This document shows, piece by piece, positions 1-9,074 of a stretch of DNA of 64,000 bases. Location of the stretch: positions 58,101 through 122,100 of the forward strand of contig JBPRGF010000014.1 in the NCBI GenBank assembly GCA_051418015.1. The letters run 5' to 3'. The DNA comes from Candidatus Nitrospinota bacterium M3_3B_026. Lineage in GTDB: Bacteria > Nitrospinota_A > UBA7883 > JBPRGF01. Positions within the stretch are counted from its first letter, which is position 1; each line of letters opens with the position of its first letter. The notes beneath the pieces were generated by a model that worked only from the letters and a program-made list of their open reading frames with translations, searched no databases and had not been told where the DNA came from. A program made the translations under genes and the position numbers.

Positions 1-241
1 GGCGCTCTCGAGCCGTCTCGAGGGGTGCAATGCTACCACGGATCGCGCCGCCGTGAAAGCCCCCCGCCAGCGGCTCCACAAACCCCTTGCCGGCAGGTTG
101 CGCCATCTTTTATACTTTAAAATTCTTTTCAACAACGAAAGTCAACCGGAGGCCGACATGGCAAGCACGACAAGGAAAAGGAAACAGCGCCGCCGCTGGA
201 GAAGCAAGAAGGCAAGCCACTACAGGAAAGTGAGATAGCCC

Positions 242-532
242 GTGGCCATCTCCATGGACGAGACGCGCCGCGTGGCCGAGCTCGCCCGCCTTGAGCTTTC
301 CGAAAAGGATGAGGAGCTTTTCGCGGAGCAGCTTTCCGCCGTGCTCGACTATATCGGCCAGCTCAACGAGCTGGACACGGAGGATGTGGAGCCGCTGTCG
401 AGCGCGCTGGACATCAGGAACGTGGTCCGGGAGGACCGGGCCGAAAAAAAGTTCGACCCCGGCGCGTGGAGCTCGAACGCCCCCGCCAGCGACCAGGGCC
501 ATTTCCGCGTGCCAAGGATAATAGAGGGCTGA
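242..532 (+). CDS. gatC: Asp-tRNA(Asn)/Glu-tRNA(Gln) amidotransferase subunit C (GatC), GTG start
   Basis: 96-aa ORF '[32 protein letters not shown]' matches the GatC N-terminal consensus. It lies directly upstream of gatA (stop 532, gatA ATG 541). Confidence 0.8.
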   Translation: MAISMDETRRVAELARLELSEKDEELFAEQLSAVLDYIGQLNELDTEDVEPLSSALDIRNVVREDRAEKKFDPGAWSSNAPASDQGHFRVPRIIEG

Positions 533-540
533 CACACCCC

Positions 541-2001
541 ATGACGGACATCTTCCGCCTCACCCTGCGCGAGCTTGGGGAGAGGCTCGCCGCCGGAGCC
601 GTCACGAGCGAAGAGGCCGCGGGGGCGTATCTTGACAGGATCAGGCGCGTCGACCCGGAGCTGAACTCCTACATCACCGTTGACGAGGATAGCGCCATGG
701 AGGCCGCCCGGGAGGCCGACAAACGCCGGGCCGGAGGCGAAGAAGGGCCGCTGCTCGGCGTACCCATGGCGGTCAAGGACCTCATAAACACGAAGGGCCT
801 GCGGACAACCTGCGGCTCGAAGATGCTGGAGAGCTTTGTCCCCCCCTTCGACGCCCATGTCGTAAAAAAGCTGAAAGAAGCAGGGGCGGTGATCCTCGGC
901 AAGACGAACATGGACGAGTTCGCCATGGGGTCGTCGAACGAGACCAGCTTTTTCGGGCCGGTGAAAAACCCCTGGGACATCTCCAGGATCCCGGGCGGCT
1001 CCTCCGGCGGGTCCGCGGCGGCGGTGGCGGCGGATCTTTGCGCGGCGGCGCTGGGGTCGGACACGGGCGGATCCGTGCGCCAGCCGGCGTCGCTTTGCGG
1101 GATCGTGGGGCTGAAGCCGACCTACGGGCGTGTCTCCCGGTTCGGTCTCGTCGCCTTCGCGTCGTCGCTGGACCAGATCGGGCCGATGACGAAGGATGTC
1201 GCCGACTGCGCCCTCATGCTCGGCGCCATCGCCGGAGACGATCCGCTGGACTCCACCTGCTCCCCTGAGCCGGTTCCGGACTACACCGCCGATCTTGACA
1301 AAGGCGTGGAGGGGATGACTATCGGCGTTCCGGAAGAGTATTTCGTCGAGGGGATGGACGAGGATGTGGAGAAGACCGTCCGGGCCGCCCTGGAGGCCCT
1401 GAAAGAGGCCGGGGCGGCTGTGAAGCCTATATCACTCCCCCACACGAAGTACGGCGTTCCGGCCTATTACGTCATCGCTCCCGCCGAAGCGTCATCGAAC
1501 CTGGCCCGGTACGACGGAGTGAAATACGGATTCCGCGCCCAGGGGGCGAAGAGCCTGATGGAGATGTACAGCCGCACTCGCGAGGAAGGGTTCGGCGCGG
1601 AGGTGAAACGCCGGATCATGTTGGGGACCTACGCGCTCTCTTCGGGCTATTACGACGCGTACTACCTGAAGGCCCAGAAGGTCCGCGCGCTCGTCAGGAA
1701 GGACTTCGCCGAGGCTTTCGGCGATGTCTCGGCCATAGTGGCCCCCACGTCCCCCTCGGCGGCCTTCGGGATAGGCGAGAGGACCGGCGACCCGCTGAAG
1801 ATGTACCTTTCGGATATATTCACCATCAACGCCAACCTCGCCGGGATACCGGGCCTTTCCGTTCCCTGCGGCCATACGCCGGAAGGGCTGCCCGTGGGCT
1901 TGCAGATACTCGGCAAATGGTTCGACGAGGCGTCCCTGTTCCGCGTCGCCAGCGTTGTGGAAGAAAAGACCGGCGCGGGGGCAAAGAAACCGGCGCTTTA
2001 A
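541..2001 (+). CDS. gatA: Glutamyl-tRNA(Gln) amidotransferase subunit A (amidase family)
   Basis: Amidase signature including '[12 protein letters not shown]', a Ser-cis-Ser-Lys triad region and GatA-like termini. Start placed at ATG 541 (MTDIFRL) inside the longer ORF 466..2001. Confidence 0.93.
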   Translation: MTDIFRLTLRELGERLAAGAVTSEEAAGAYLDRIRRVDPELNSYITVDEDSAMEAAREADKRRAGGEEGPLLGVPMAVKDLINTKGLRTTCGSKMLESFVPPFDAHVVKKLKEAGAVILGKTNMDEFAMGSSNETSFFGPVKNPWDISRIPGGSSGGSAAAVAADLCAAALGSDTGGSVRQPASLCGIVGLKPTYGRVSRFGLVAFASSLDQIGPMTKDVADCALMLGAIAGDDPLDSTCSPEPVPDYTADLDKGVEGMTIGVPEEYFVEGMDEDVEKTVRAALEALKEAGAAVKPISLPHTKYGVPAYYVIAPAEASSNLARYDGVKYGFRAQGAKSLMEMYSRTREEGFGAEVKRRIMLGTYALSSGYYDAYYLKAQKVRALVRKDFAEAFGDVSAIVAPTSPSAAFGIGERTGDPLKMYLSDIFTINANLAGIPGLSVPCGHTPEGLPVGLQILGKWFDEASLFRVASVVEEKTGAGAKKPAL

Positions 2002-3060
2002 TTAAGGCTCCCGCCCTTCCCCGGCCAGGTATATCGTCTGCGTGGGGTAGGCGAACTCGACGCCGAGTTTTTCGAACTCGTCCTTGATGGCGAGGTTTAT
2101 GTTCTGCTGGATGTCCATGTACTTGTTGTAGTCCGCGCCGATCACGTAGTAGACGATCTCGAACACGAGGGCGAAGTCGCCGTAAGAGAAAAAGTGCGCC
2201 CTGTCGAAGACGGTGTCCTCGAGCCCTTCGATGATCTGTCTTATGACCCCCGGTATCCTGGCAAGCTTCTCCGAGGGTGTCTGGTACGTGACGCCGATCC
2301 TGAAGGCGACCCTTCTTCGCTCCATCTTTTTATAGTTATGCACGCGGGAGTTGGCCAGGTCCGTGTTGGCGAAAATGATCTCCTCGCCGGAGAGGCTCTT
2401 TATCCTGGTGGCCTTGAGGCCGATGTACTCCACCACGCCCATCTTGTCGCCGATGATGACAAAATCGCCCTTGCGGAAAGGTTTGTCGAAGAGGATCACG
2501 AAATAGTTGAAAAGGTCGCCCAGGATCGCCTGCGACGCAAGCGCCAGGGCCACTCCGCCGATTCCCAGCCCGGCTATCAGCGTGGTGATGTCGAACCCGA
2601 GATTGTCCAGCAGGAAGATAACGGCGACCGCCCATATGGAGAGCTTCAGGAGCGTCGAGACGCCCTTGGGGATGACCTTGACCGTCCGGGCTCCTTCCTC
2701 GCTGAGCCCCTCGCCCTCGAAGACGTTGTCGACAAGCGCCACTGCCACCCTGGCGGCGAAGAAGCAGAGGATCACAAGGCCCGCCACGTCGATGAGCCTT
2801 TCCACCCTGGGGTTGAGGTACATGGAGCCCGCCGCCGCGTAAAAAACGGCGAAGTAGAGAACAGGCATGGCGCCTTTCTCCACGGCGCTTATCATGAAAC
2901 CGCGCAGGCGGGATTCCGCGCTCTCCAGGTAGGTTTTCACTTTGCTGTCGAACACGCCCTGGAGGGCCCTGATGGCCGCCGCGCCCGCGCCGAGAATCAC
3001 GAGGGCCAGCAGGTAGTCTTCCCAGCCGTTGTTTGTCAGCGTGTCGATGATGGCGTCCAT
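2002..3060 (-). CDS. Small-conductance mechanosensitive channel (MscS family)
   Basis: 352 aa with N-terminal TM helices and the MscS beta-domain motif 'LFDKPFRKGDFV..G..G.VE.IGL..T'. Convergent with gatA. Confidence 0.82.
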   Translation of the reverse strand: MDAIIDTLTNNGWEDYLLALVILGAGAAAIRALQGVFDSKVKTYLESAESRLRGFMISAVEKGAMPVLYFAVFYAAAGSMYLNPRVERLIDVAGLVILCFFAARVAVALVDNVFEGEGLSEEGARTVKVIPKGVSTLLKLSIWAVAVIFLLDNLGFDITTLIAGLGIGGVALALASQAILGDLFNYFVILFDKPFRKGDFVIIGDKMGVVEYIGLKATRIKSLSGEEIIFANTDLANSRVHNYKKMERRRVAFRIGVTYQTPSEKLARIPGVIRQIIEGLEDTVFDRAHFFSYGDFALVFEIVYYVIGADYNKYMDIQQNINLAIKDEFEKLGVEFAYPTQTIYLAGEGREP

Positions 3061-3156
3061 GTCCCGCCCTCCTATCCGGCAGTATCCAAGACTGGCCTAT
3101 TCTAAGTCCCGCCGCGGCGTCTGTTCAAGAACGTCCAGCGCTCCGGGGTGTTTTTC

Positions 3157-4182
3157 TCAGCTTATGACCACCTTTTTCAGCGTGTCCCACTCCTCCAGGG
3201 TCCTGCCCACGCCGCGGACGATGGAGGTGAGGGGGTCTTTCGCCCTGTAGACGGGAATGTTCAACTCCTTTTTCAACCTTGCGCCGAGGCCCTTGAGCAG
3301 CGCCCCGCCGCCCGCCAGGACCATCCCGCGGGTGGATATGTCATGGGCGAACTCCGGCGTCGTCCGCTCAAGCGCCTTGCGCGCCGCGTCCACGATGGCG
3401 TGGACGGGCTCCTCCATCGCCCTCCGGACGTCCTCGTCGGACAGGACGACGGACACTGGCAGTCCGCTGGCCACGTTGCGCCCGTAGACTTTCATCCGGA
3501 TTCTTTTTTTCAGCGGGGCCGCGGAGCCGATGGTCATTTTCACCCTCTCCGCCTCGTAGACGCCTATCTCCAGGTTGTGGCTCTTCCGGACGCTCCTGAC
3601 CAGCGCCTCGTCCATCTCGTCGCCCGCCACGCGGATCGACTCCGTGTAGGCCGTGGCGTACATGGAGATTATGGCCACCTCCGTCGTCCCGCCGCCGATG
3701 TCCACTATGAGGTTGCCCACGGACTCCCCCACCGGCATCCTCGTACCGATGGCCGCCGCCATAGGCTCCTCGACGAGGCTTACCTCCCTCGCCCCGGCGC
3801 CCATGGCGGAGTCTATCACCGCGCGTTTTTCCACCTGGGTGATCCCGGAGGGGACGCCTATCACGATCTTCGGCCTGCGGGGCGTCCAGCGGGGCCTGGC
3901 GGATTTTATGAAGTAGGCGATCATGCTTTTCGTGGAGTCGAAATCGGCTATCACGCCGTCCTTCATGGGGCGGATCGCCTCGAACCTGTCCGGGGTCTTG
4001 CCGTACATGGCCTTTGCCTCCGCCCCGATGGCCACGAGTTTTCCGGTTTCCTTGGAGAGCGTCACCACCGAGGGTTCGTCGATGACCACGCCGCGTCCCG
4101 GGACGTAGACCAGGGTGTTGGCGGTCCCCAGGTCGATGGCGAGGTCCGCCGAAAAAAGGTTGAACAAGCCTCGGAGCGCCAT
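3157..4182 (-). CDS. mreB: Rod shape-determining protein MreB (actin homolog)
   Basis: 'DLGTANTLVYV', 'VIGVPSGITQVE', 'IVDIGGGTTEVAII' and 'LAGGGALL' are canonical MreB/actin-fold phosphate and adenosine motifs. 341 aa. Confidence 0.95.
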   Translation of the reverse strand: MALRGLFNLFSADLAIDLGTANTLVYVPGRGVVIDEPSVVTLSKETGKLVAIGAEAKAMYGKTPDRFEAIRPMKDGVIADFDSTKSMIAYFIKSARPRWTPRRPKIVIGVPSGITQVEKRAVIDSAMGAGAREVSLVEEPMAAAIGTRMPVGESVGNLIVDIGGGTTEVAIISMYATAYTESIRVAGDEMDEALVRSVRKSHNLEIGVYEAERVKMTIGSAAPLKKRIRMKVYGRNVASGLPVSVVLSDEDVRRAMEEPVHAIVDAARKALERTTPEFAHDISTRGMVLAGGGALLKGLGARLKKELNIPVYRAKDPLTSIVRGVGRTLEEWDTLKKVVIS

Positions 4183-4188
4183 CCCGTG

Positions 4189-5652
4189 TTACCGGTCTCC
4201 CGGCGCGCCCAGGGCGCCGCCCCAGGACGCCTCCTGCTCGCTGTAGAACGACACCCTGGAGCCGGAGGCGCTCTTGGCCTTTTCGGAGGCGACCTGGGCT
4301 TTCGCTATGAGTTCCTCCACCCTGTTCCCGTCGGCCGGATACAGGGCCACTCCTATTGAGGGTGAGGCGTAGATATCTACCCCGTCCAGGTGGTACGGAA
4401 GCGACTCCACGGAGTCCACCACCGCCTGGGCCATCGCCATCGCCTGCCCGCCTTCGAGGCCGCGCAGCAGGAGGATGAACCTGTCGCCGTAGTAGCGGCA
4501 TACGATCCCCCTCTCCGCCACCACCTCGGAGAGCCTGCGGGCGGTTTCTATCGTCACGCGGTCGCCCGCGTCCATGCCCAGCTCGTGGTTGATCCGCGTG
4601 AAGCCTATCAGGTTGACGATCGCCACGGCGCCCTTCCCTTCGAGCGTCTGGTGGGTCTCCACCAGGTAGCGGCTCGTGGCGGCGCTGGTCAGCGGGTCGG
4701 TGAAAACGGCCCGCATGTTCCTGTTGTGCAGGTACAGGCTCGTGAACGCGGAGGCGAGCGTCGAGGCCAGGACGGAGAGTGACTTCACGCTCACGTGGCT
4801 GAAGGCGGCCTGTTTTCTCGACACAAGCCCGATGGCGCCGGAGACGTGGTCACCCATGGCCATCGGCGCCCCGATGAAGGACCTCCATTGCTCGTCCGCG
4901 CCGGGCGCGACCTTCGCCCCCTTGAGGTCCGGCACATATATGGTCCTGGCCTGCTGGATCACCCAGCCCAGCCTGTAAGGGGCGCCCGGCAGCTCGGTCC
5001 CGGGCGTTTGCCCGGCGCCGCTTCTCACCATGTAATATTTTCCGTCGTCGCTCATTCTCACGGCCATGACCATCTTGTCATGCGGAATGAGGGAAGGCAG
5101 GGCCAGCCTGAGCGCGTCCGTTATCTCGGAGAACCGCGAGCAGGCGGTTATCCTGCCCACCAGCCCGGACAGGGCGTCGAAAGCCGAGGCCCGGGCATCC
5201 AGGGATATCCTTTTCCTTCCCTCTGTCACGGCCCGGGAAATGACGCCCGCGAATTCCTCCAGTATCTTCAGCGCCTTGTCGGTGAAGACGTAGCTTTTCT
5301 TGCTGTCCACCGCCAAAACCCCCATGACCCTGCCCCCGCCGTCGAAAAGGGGGGCCGCCGCGAAAGACTTTATGTCCTCGTCCTTCGAATAATACTGGAG
5401 CGTGGTGGTGTCCCTGTCGAAGTTCGTGGCGTGGGCGCTCCGTTCGTTCTTGGCCGCCCATCCCACAAGCCCGCGCCCCAGGGGGATCCTGGCTCCGGTT
5501 ACGATGTTGCCGGAAAGCGACTGGCAGGCCCGCAGCGTCAACGTGTCCTCGGACCCTTCGTCCAGCAGGAACAGGGCGGCGGTGAAGGCGTCGGTGACAT
5601 TGCCGGCCAGCCGCACGAGTCTTTGGATATCGTTTTCAAGCGACTGGGGCAT
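4189..5652 (-). CDS. GAF-GAF-GGDEF domain protein with degenerate active site (YYGDRF instead of GG[DE]EF)
   Basis: 487 aa. Two GAF-like sensor regions (e.g. 'LGRGLVGWAAKNERS', 'YRLGWVIQQART'), then a diguanylate-cyclase fold ('NLIGFTRINHELGMDAGD', 'RYYGDRFILL'). The A-site motif (residues ~387-392, nt ~4477-4494) is degenerate and no RxxD I-site sits upstream. 6-nt gap to mreB. Confidence 0.8.
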   Translation of the reverse strand: MPQSLENDIQRLVRLAGNVTDAFTAALFLLDEGSEDTLTLRACQSLSGNIVTGARIPLGRGLVGWAAKNERSAHATNFDRDTTTLQYYSKDEDIKSFAAAPLFDGGGRVMGVLAVDSKKSYVFTDKALKILEEFAGVISRAVTEGRKRISLDARASAFDALSGLVGRITACSRFSEITDALRLALPSLIPHDKMVMAVRMSDDGKYYMVRSGAGQTPGTELPGAPYRLGWVIQQARTIYVPDLKGAKVAPGADEQWRSFIGAPMAMGDHVSGAIGLVSRKQAAFSHVSVKSLSVLASTLASAFTSLYLHNRNMRAVFTDPLTSAATSRYLVETHQTLEGKGAVAIVNLIGFTRINHELGMDAGDRVTIETARRLSEVVAERGIVCRYYGDRFILLLRGLEGGQAMAMAQAVVDSVESLPYHLDGVDIYASPSIGVALYPADGNRVEELIAKAQVASEKAKSASGSRVSFYSEQEASWGGALGAPGDR

Positions 5653-5833
5653 ATGATAGCGCAGGCAACTTTTTCCTGATGGTTGTTTCGCTCAAACTCA
5701 CAATTGAGGGTTAGTATAAACCCACTCCCTCCCGGAAAAAAGGGAAAGCTTGAATCCCGCGCGGCCCCCTCGGCCCCCGCGCGGCCCCCAGGGCCGTCTC
5801 CGGTTGACCATCGGCGCGCGTGGGAATAGAATT

Positions 5834-6508
5834 ATGGCATACCACGCCAGGCCTCTGGAGGATCGCGATATGCATGTGGGACAGGTGATGAGCCGGAAGG
5901 TCGTCACCGCATCGCCCGAGACGAAGGTCGAGAAGGCTTTCGGCGTCATAGTCAGCAAACGTATCGGGCATCTGCCGGTTCTCAGGAGGGGAAGGCTCGC
6001 CGGGATAGTCTCGGACCGCGATTTCCGCATGGCCATGAATCCCGCCAGATCACCCAAATCCGGCCGCGCCGGGGTCAAAAACCTCGCCGTGAAAGACATC
6101 ATGACAAAGGACGTCATCACCACCGAGCCGGGGATGGCCGTCTCCGACGCGGTGAAGCTTATGCTCCGGGCGAAGATCGGGGCGTTGCCCGTGATGACCG
6201 GCGACAGGCTCAGCGGGATAGTGACCAAGGACGACCTGCTCGGCGTTTTCGTGGAGATGCTGAGGTGGATACAGGCATCCTCCACCATAGACGTGGAGCT
6301 GGTGGACGAAATCGACGACCTGCAGGCGCTCTTTTCCACCCTGCGCGAGAGGAAGGCGCGCGTTCTGAGCTATTCCGCCACCCCCGGAGGGGCCAGCCGG
6401 GGACAGATATGCCACATCAGGATGACCCCCTGCGCCGTCAAGCCCATTGTCGGCGACCTCGCCAGGCGAGGGGTGACCGTGCTGGACGCCTATGGGGAGG
6501 ACACCTGA
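5834..6508 (+). CDS. CBS-pair domain protein with ACT-like C-terminus (AcuB-like)
   Basis: Two CBS motifs ('VMSRKVVTASPETKVEKAFGVIV..HLPVL..GRLAGIVSDRD', 'IMTKDVITTEP..AVKLM..GALPVM..LSGIVTKDDL'). ATG at 5834 chosen inside ORF 5750..6508; ATG 5870 is an alternative. Confidence 0.7.
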   Translation: MAYHARPLEDRDMHVGQVMSRKVVTASPETKVEKAFGVIVSKRIGHLPVLRRGRLAGIVSDRDFRMAMNPARSPKSGRAGVKNLAVKDIMTKDVITTEPGMAVSDAVKLMLRAKIGALPVMTGDRLSGIVTKDDLLGVFVEMLRWIQASSTIDVELVDEIDDLQALFSTLRERKARVLSYSATPGGASRGQICHIRMTPCAVKPIVGDLARRGVTVLDAYGEDT

Positions 6509-6567
6509 CATATTCCCGCCCCCGGCCTTATATTAGCTGTAGGAAGACAAAGCAGGGAGCCGGAACC

Positions 6568-7572
6568 ATGACCGTGGCGGAAGGGCTTCATCCCGCCCTT
6601 TACTGGGAAAAGGAGAAGGAGGGGAGGGTCCGTTGCGTCCTCTGTCCCTTCAGGTGTCTTCTGGGCGAAGGCAAGATCGGCATATGCCGGGGCAAACAGA
6701 ACATCGAGGGGAGCCTTTATGCCATAAACTACGCCAGGACCACCTCCATGAACATGGACCCCATAGAGAAAAAACCGCTGTATCATTTTTATCCTGGCTC
6801 CCACATTCTCTCCATAGGCCCGAACGGGTGCAACCTGGGGTGCGATTTTTGCCAGAACTGGGCCATCTCCCAGAAGGAGTTCCCCACGACCTATCTTCCG
6901 CCCGAGGACGCCGTCGGGCTGGCGGAGACCAGGGGCTCCATCGGCATAGCCTACACCTACACCGAGCCGCTGATATGGTTCGAGTACGTGCTGGACACCT
7001 CGAAGCTTGCGCGCGAGGCGGGGCTCGTGAACGTCCTGGTGACGAACGGGATGATAAACCCGGAGCCGATGGAGGAGCTTCTGCCTTACATAGACGCGAT
7101 GAACATCGACCTGAAGTCGATGGACCCGGCTTTCTACAGGAAAGTGAGCAAGGGCAAGCTCGAGCCCGTGCTGGACACCATCCGCCGATGCGCGGACAGA
7201 ACCCACGTGGAGATCACGAATCTTCTCATCCCCGGCCTCAACGACTCCACGGAGATGATAGAGAAACTGACGGATTTTATCGCCGGGCTGGATCCGCTGA
7301 TCCCTCTGCATTTTTCCCGCTATTTCCCCGGCTACAAGCGGACGACGCCGCCGACGCCGATGGAGTCGCTCCTGCGCGCCGCCCACATAGCCGAAAAGAG
7401 GCTCAAGTACGTCTTCATCGGCAACATCGCATCGGAAAAATACAACCAGACAAGGTGCCCCGAATGCGGGGAGACGATCATAGAGAGGGCCGGCTACACC
7501 GTCCTGAAGACCGCCGTCCGCGGGGGGGAATGCCAATACTGCGGGGCGAAGACGGCGATAGTCGCGGATTGA
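6568..7572 (+). CDS. amrS: AmmeMemoRadiSam-system radical SAM enzyme (PFL-activase-like) with C-terminal Zn-ribbon
   Basis: 'CVLCPFRC..GICRG' N-terminal Cys cluster, the radical SAM 'CNLGCDFCQNW' CxxxCxxC motif, and C-terminal 'CPECG..CQYCG'. ATG 6568 chosen inside the longer ORF. Confidence 0.78.
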   Translation: MTVAEGLHPALYWEKEKEGRVRCVLCPFRCLLGEGKIGICRGKQNIEGSLYAINYARTTSMNMDPIEKKPLYHFYPGSHILSIGPNGCNLGCDFCQNWAISQKEFPTTYLPPEDAVGLAETRGSIGIAYTYTEPLIWFEYVLDTSKLAREAGLVNVLVTNGMINPEPMEELLPYIDAMNIDLKSMDPAFYRKVSKGKLEPVLDTIRRCADRTHVEITNLLIPGLNDSTEMIEKLTDFIAGLDPLIPLHFSRYFPGYKRTTPPTPMESLLRAAHIAEKRLKYVFIGNIASEKYNQTRCPECGETIIERAGYTVLKTAVRGGECQYCGAKTAIVAD

Positions 7573-7629
7573 TGTTTAAGTGTAATGTTTTCCGCCTGTT
7601 CCGAATGCTTAAAAAAAGGACAAAAAACC

Positions 7630-7658
7630 TTGACGCGCGCCGGTATTTGTAATTAAAA
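7630..7658 (+). promoter_or_regulatory. Candidate sigma-70 promoter (TTGACG-N17-TTAAAA) overlapping palindrome GTAATTaaAATTAC
   Basis: -35-like TTGACG at 7630-7635, then an AT-rich -10-like element 17 nt downstream. This is the only AT-rich stretch in the 200-nt leader of the 7774 gene. The inverted repeat GTAATT/AATTAC may be an operator. Confidence 0.25.
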
Positions 7659-7773
7659 TTACGCCGATTCACGCTCAATAGGAGACGGGTTCCGGCGCTT
7701 GTCGCGGCGGGGCTCTTGGCGTGGGTCGAAAAAGCCTTAAGTTATCTGTTGTTTGAGTAAGGAGGAGCATCGT

Positions 7774-8988
7774 ATGAGGAGGACATTCCTATCGGTTCTG
7801 TCGGTCGTGGCGGTCGCCATGGCGGGAATCCTCGTAACGCCGGATGAAGGCTCGGCCCTGCCGAACTTCGCCCGGCAGACCGGGCAGCCCTGTTTCAGCT
7901 GCCATTTCCAGCACATTCCAAAACTTTCCGCGTACGGGCGGTCCTTCAAGATGGGCGCGTACACGGACACCTTCGTCGACATGATCGAGGGTGAGAACCT
8001 GTCCACCCCGGCCACGGCCCCCGTCGGGTTCGTGACCAAGCTGCGCTACGTCCAGACCACCGCCAAGGAAGAGCACGGCGAGAAGGCCGGCACCGAGCGC
8101 GGCGAGTGGCAGATTCCTGACGAGGCCGCTCTCTGGCTGGCCGGGCGCGTGTCCGAGAACATCGGCTACGCCATCGAGTTCCCGGAAGGCTGGGCCTCGG
8201 GCAAGGTCATCTTCAAGCTTCCGGTGGACGCCGTGAACGTGGGCCTTTCCGTGTACAGCACGGACGCTCTCGGGCCGGGCTTCGGCATGGAGATCTTCAA
8301 CACCGGCGTTCTGCGGTCCATCCGCATGTTTGAGTCCCGCAAGGAGACGATAGTCGCCCAGGGGATGGGTGTCGGAGCCGGGACGGCCACGGGTCTTACC
8401 CTCTACGCCGGCAGCGACATGTTCTTCGCGGGCGCCGGCCTGTGGGGCCCGCAGTTCGGCGGAGAGGCTCCCATCGACACGGGTTTCGACCTTTCCACCT
8501 GGTACCGCGCGGCCTTCACGCCGACCTTCGGCGATCATAACCTGATGATCGGCGTCTTCGGCACCGCGGGCGAGACCAAGTGCGTCGAGTGTCTCGGTGG
8601 CGACGGTAGCGAGGTGCTGTCCGCCAAGACGGAGTCCTTCGGTGTTGACGCTCAGCTTCAGAGCGTGTTGGGCAACGGCATGACCCTGGAGGTTCAGGGC
8701 ATGTACCTGACCGCTGGCAGCGACGACGCCAACTCCCTCTACACGGAGTCCAACGGCTTCAGCGGCGTCGCGGAGCTTGGCTTCAACCCGATGTTCGGCG
8801 TGGCCGTCGGTTACGCAAGCTACACCGACAAGAGCGGGTCCGAGGACGTGGACACCCAGGCCACGAGCGTCGCGGCTTACGCCAACCTCGCCCAGAACGT
8901 CACGCTGAGGCCGGAGTTCACCTCCTACAGCGGCGACGGAAGGAGCAACGACGACCAGTTCCTGCTTCTCCTGCTGGCTGGCTTCTAA
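7774..8988 (+). CDS. Outer-membrane monoheme cytochrome c fused to a beta-barrel (Cyc2-like candidate)
   Basis: AGGAGG-like RBS (taaggagg, 7758-7765) before ATG 7774. Signal peptide 'MRRTFLSVLSVVAVAMAG'. A single CxxCH ('QPCFSCHF') lies ~20 residues into the mature protein. The remaining ~370 aa are Gly/aromatic-rich alternating beta-strand-like sequence ending in a C-terminal Phe ('LLAGF'), the typical OMP terminus. Confidence 0.5.
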   Translation: MRRTFLSVLSVVAVAMAGILVTPDEGSALPNFARQTGQPCFSCHFQHIPKLSAYGRSFKMGAYTDTFVDMIEGENLSTPATAPVGFVTKLRYVQTTAKEEHGEKAGTERGEWQIPDEAALWLAGRVSENIGYAIEFPEGWASGKVIFKLPVDAVNVGLSVYSTDALGPGFGMEIFNTGVLRSIRMFESRKETIVAQGMGVGAGTATGLTLYAGSDMFFAGAGLWGPQFGGEAPIDTGFDLSTWYRAAFTPTFGDHNLMIGVFGTAGETKCVECLGGDGSEVLSAKTESFGVDAQLQSVLGNGMTLEVQGMYLTAGSDDANSLYTESNGFSGVAELGFNPMFGVAVGYASYTDKSGSEDVDTQATSVAAYANLAQNVTLRPEFTSYSGDGRSNDDQFLLLLLAGF

Positions 8989-9013
8989 GCTCCCGCCTTT
9001 CAAGGCAGATACT

Positions 9014-9048
9014 CCCCCGTCCTCTTTAAAGAGGGCGGGGGTTTTTTT
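9014..9048 (+). terminator. Rho-independent terminator after the Cyc2-like gene
   Basis: Hairpin CCCCCGTCCTC/GAGGGCGGGGG followed by TTTTTTT (9042-9048). Confidence 0.7.
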
Positions 9049-9074
9049 ATGCTTGCCGCGGCGGGCTCCTTTCC

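Noticed and set aside
53-238. 61-aa basic ORF upstream of gatC
   Set aside because: Arg/Lys-rich, no RBS, spans an AT-rich leader. More likely the gatC promoter/leader region than a gene.
3148-4501. Long ORFs antisense or out-of-frame to mreB and the GGDEF gene (3148..4359 +, 3368..4501 -). Similar ORFs occur at 12095..13015, 13022..14674, 15789..17762, 20849..22210, 37773..39407, 42584..43768 and 52217..53482
   Set aside because: These are typical high-GC shadow ORFs: Arg/Gly/Pro/His-rich, no domains, and each fully overlaps a confidently identified gene.
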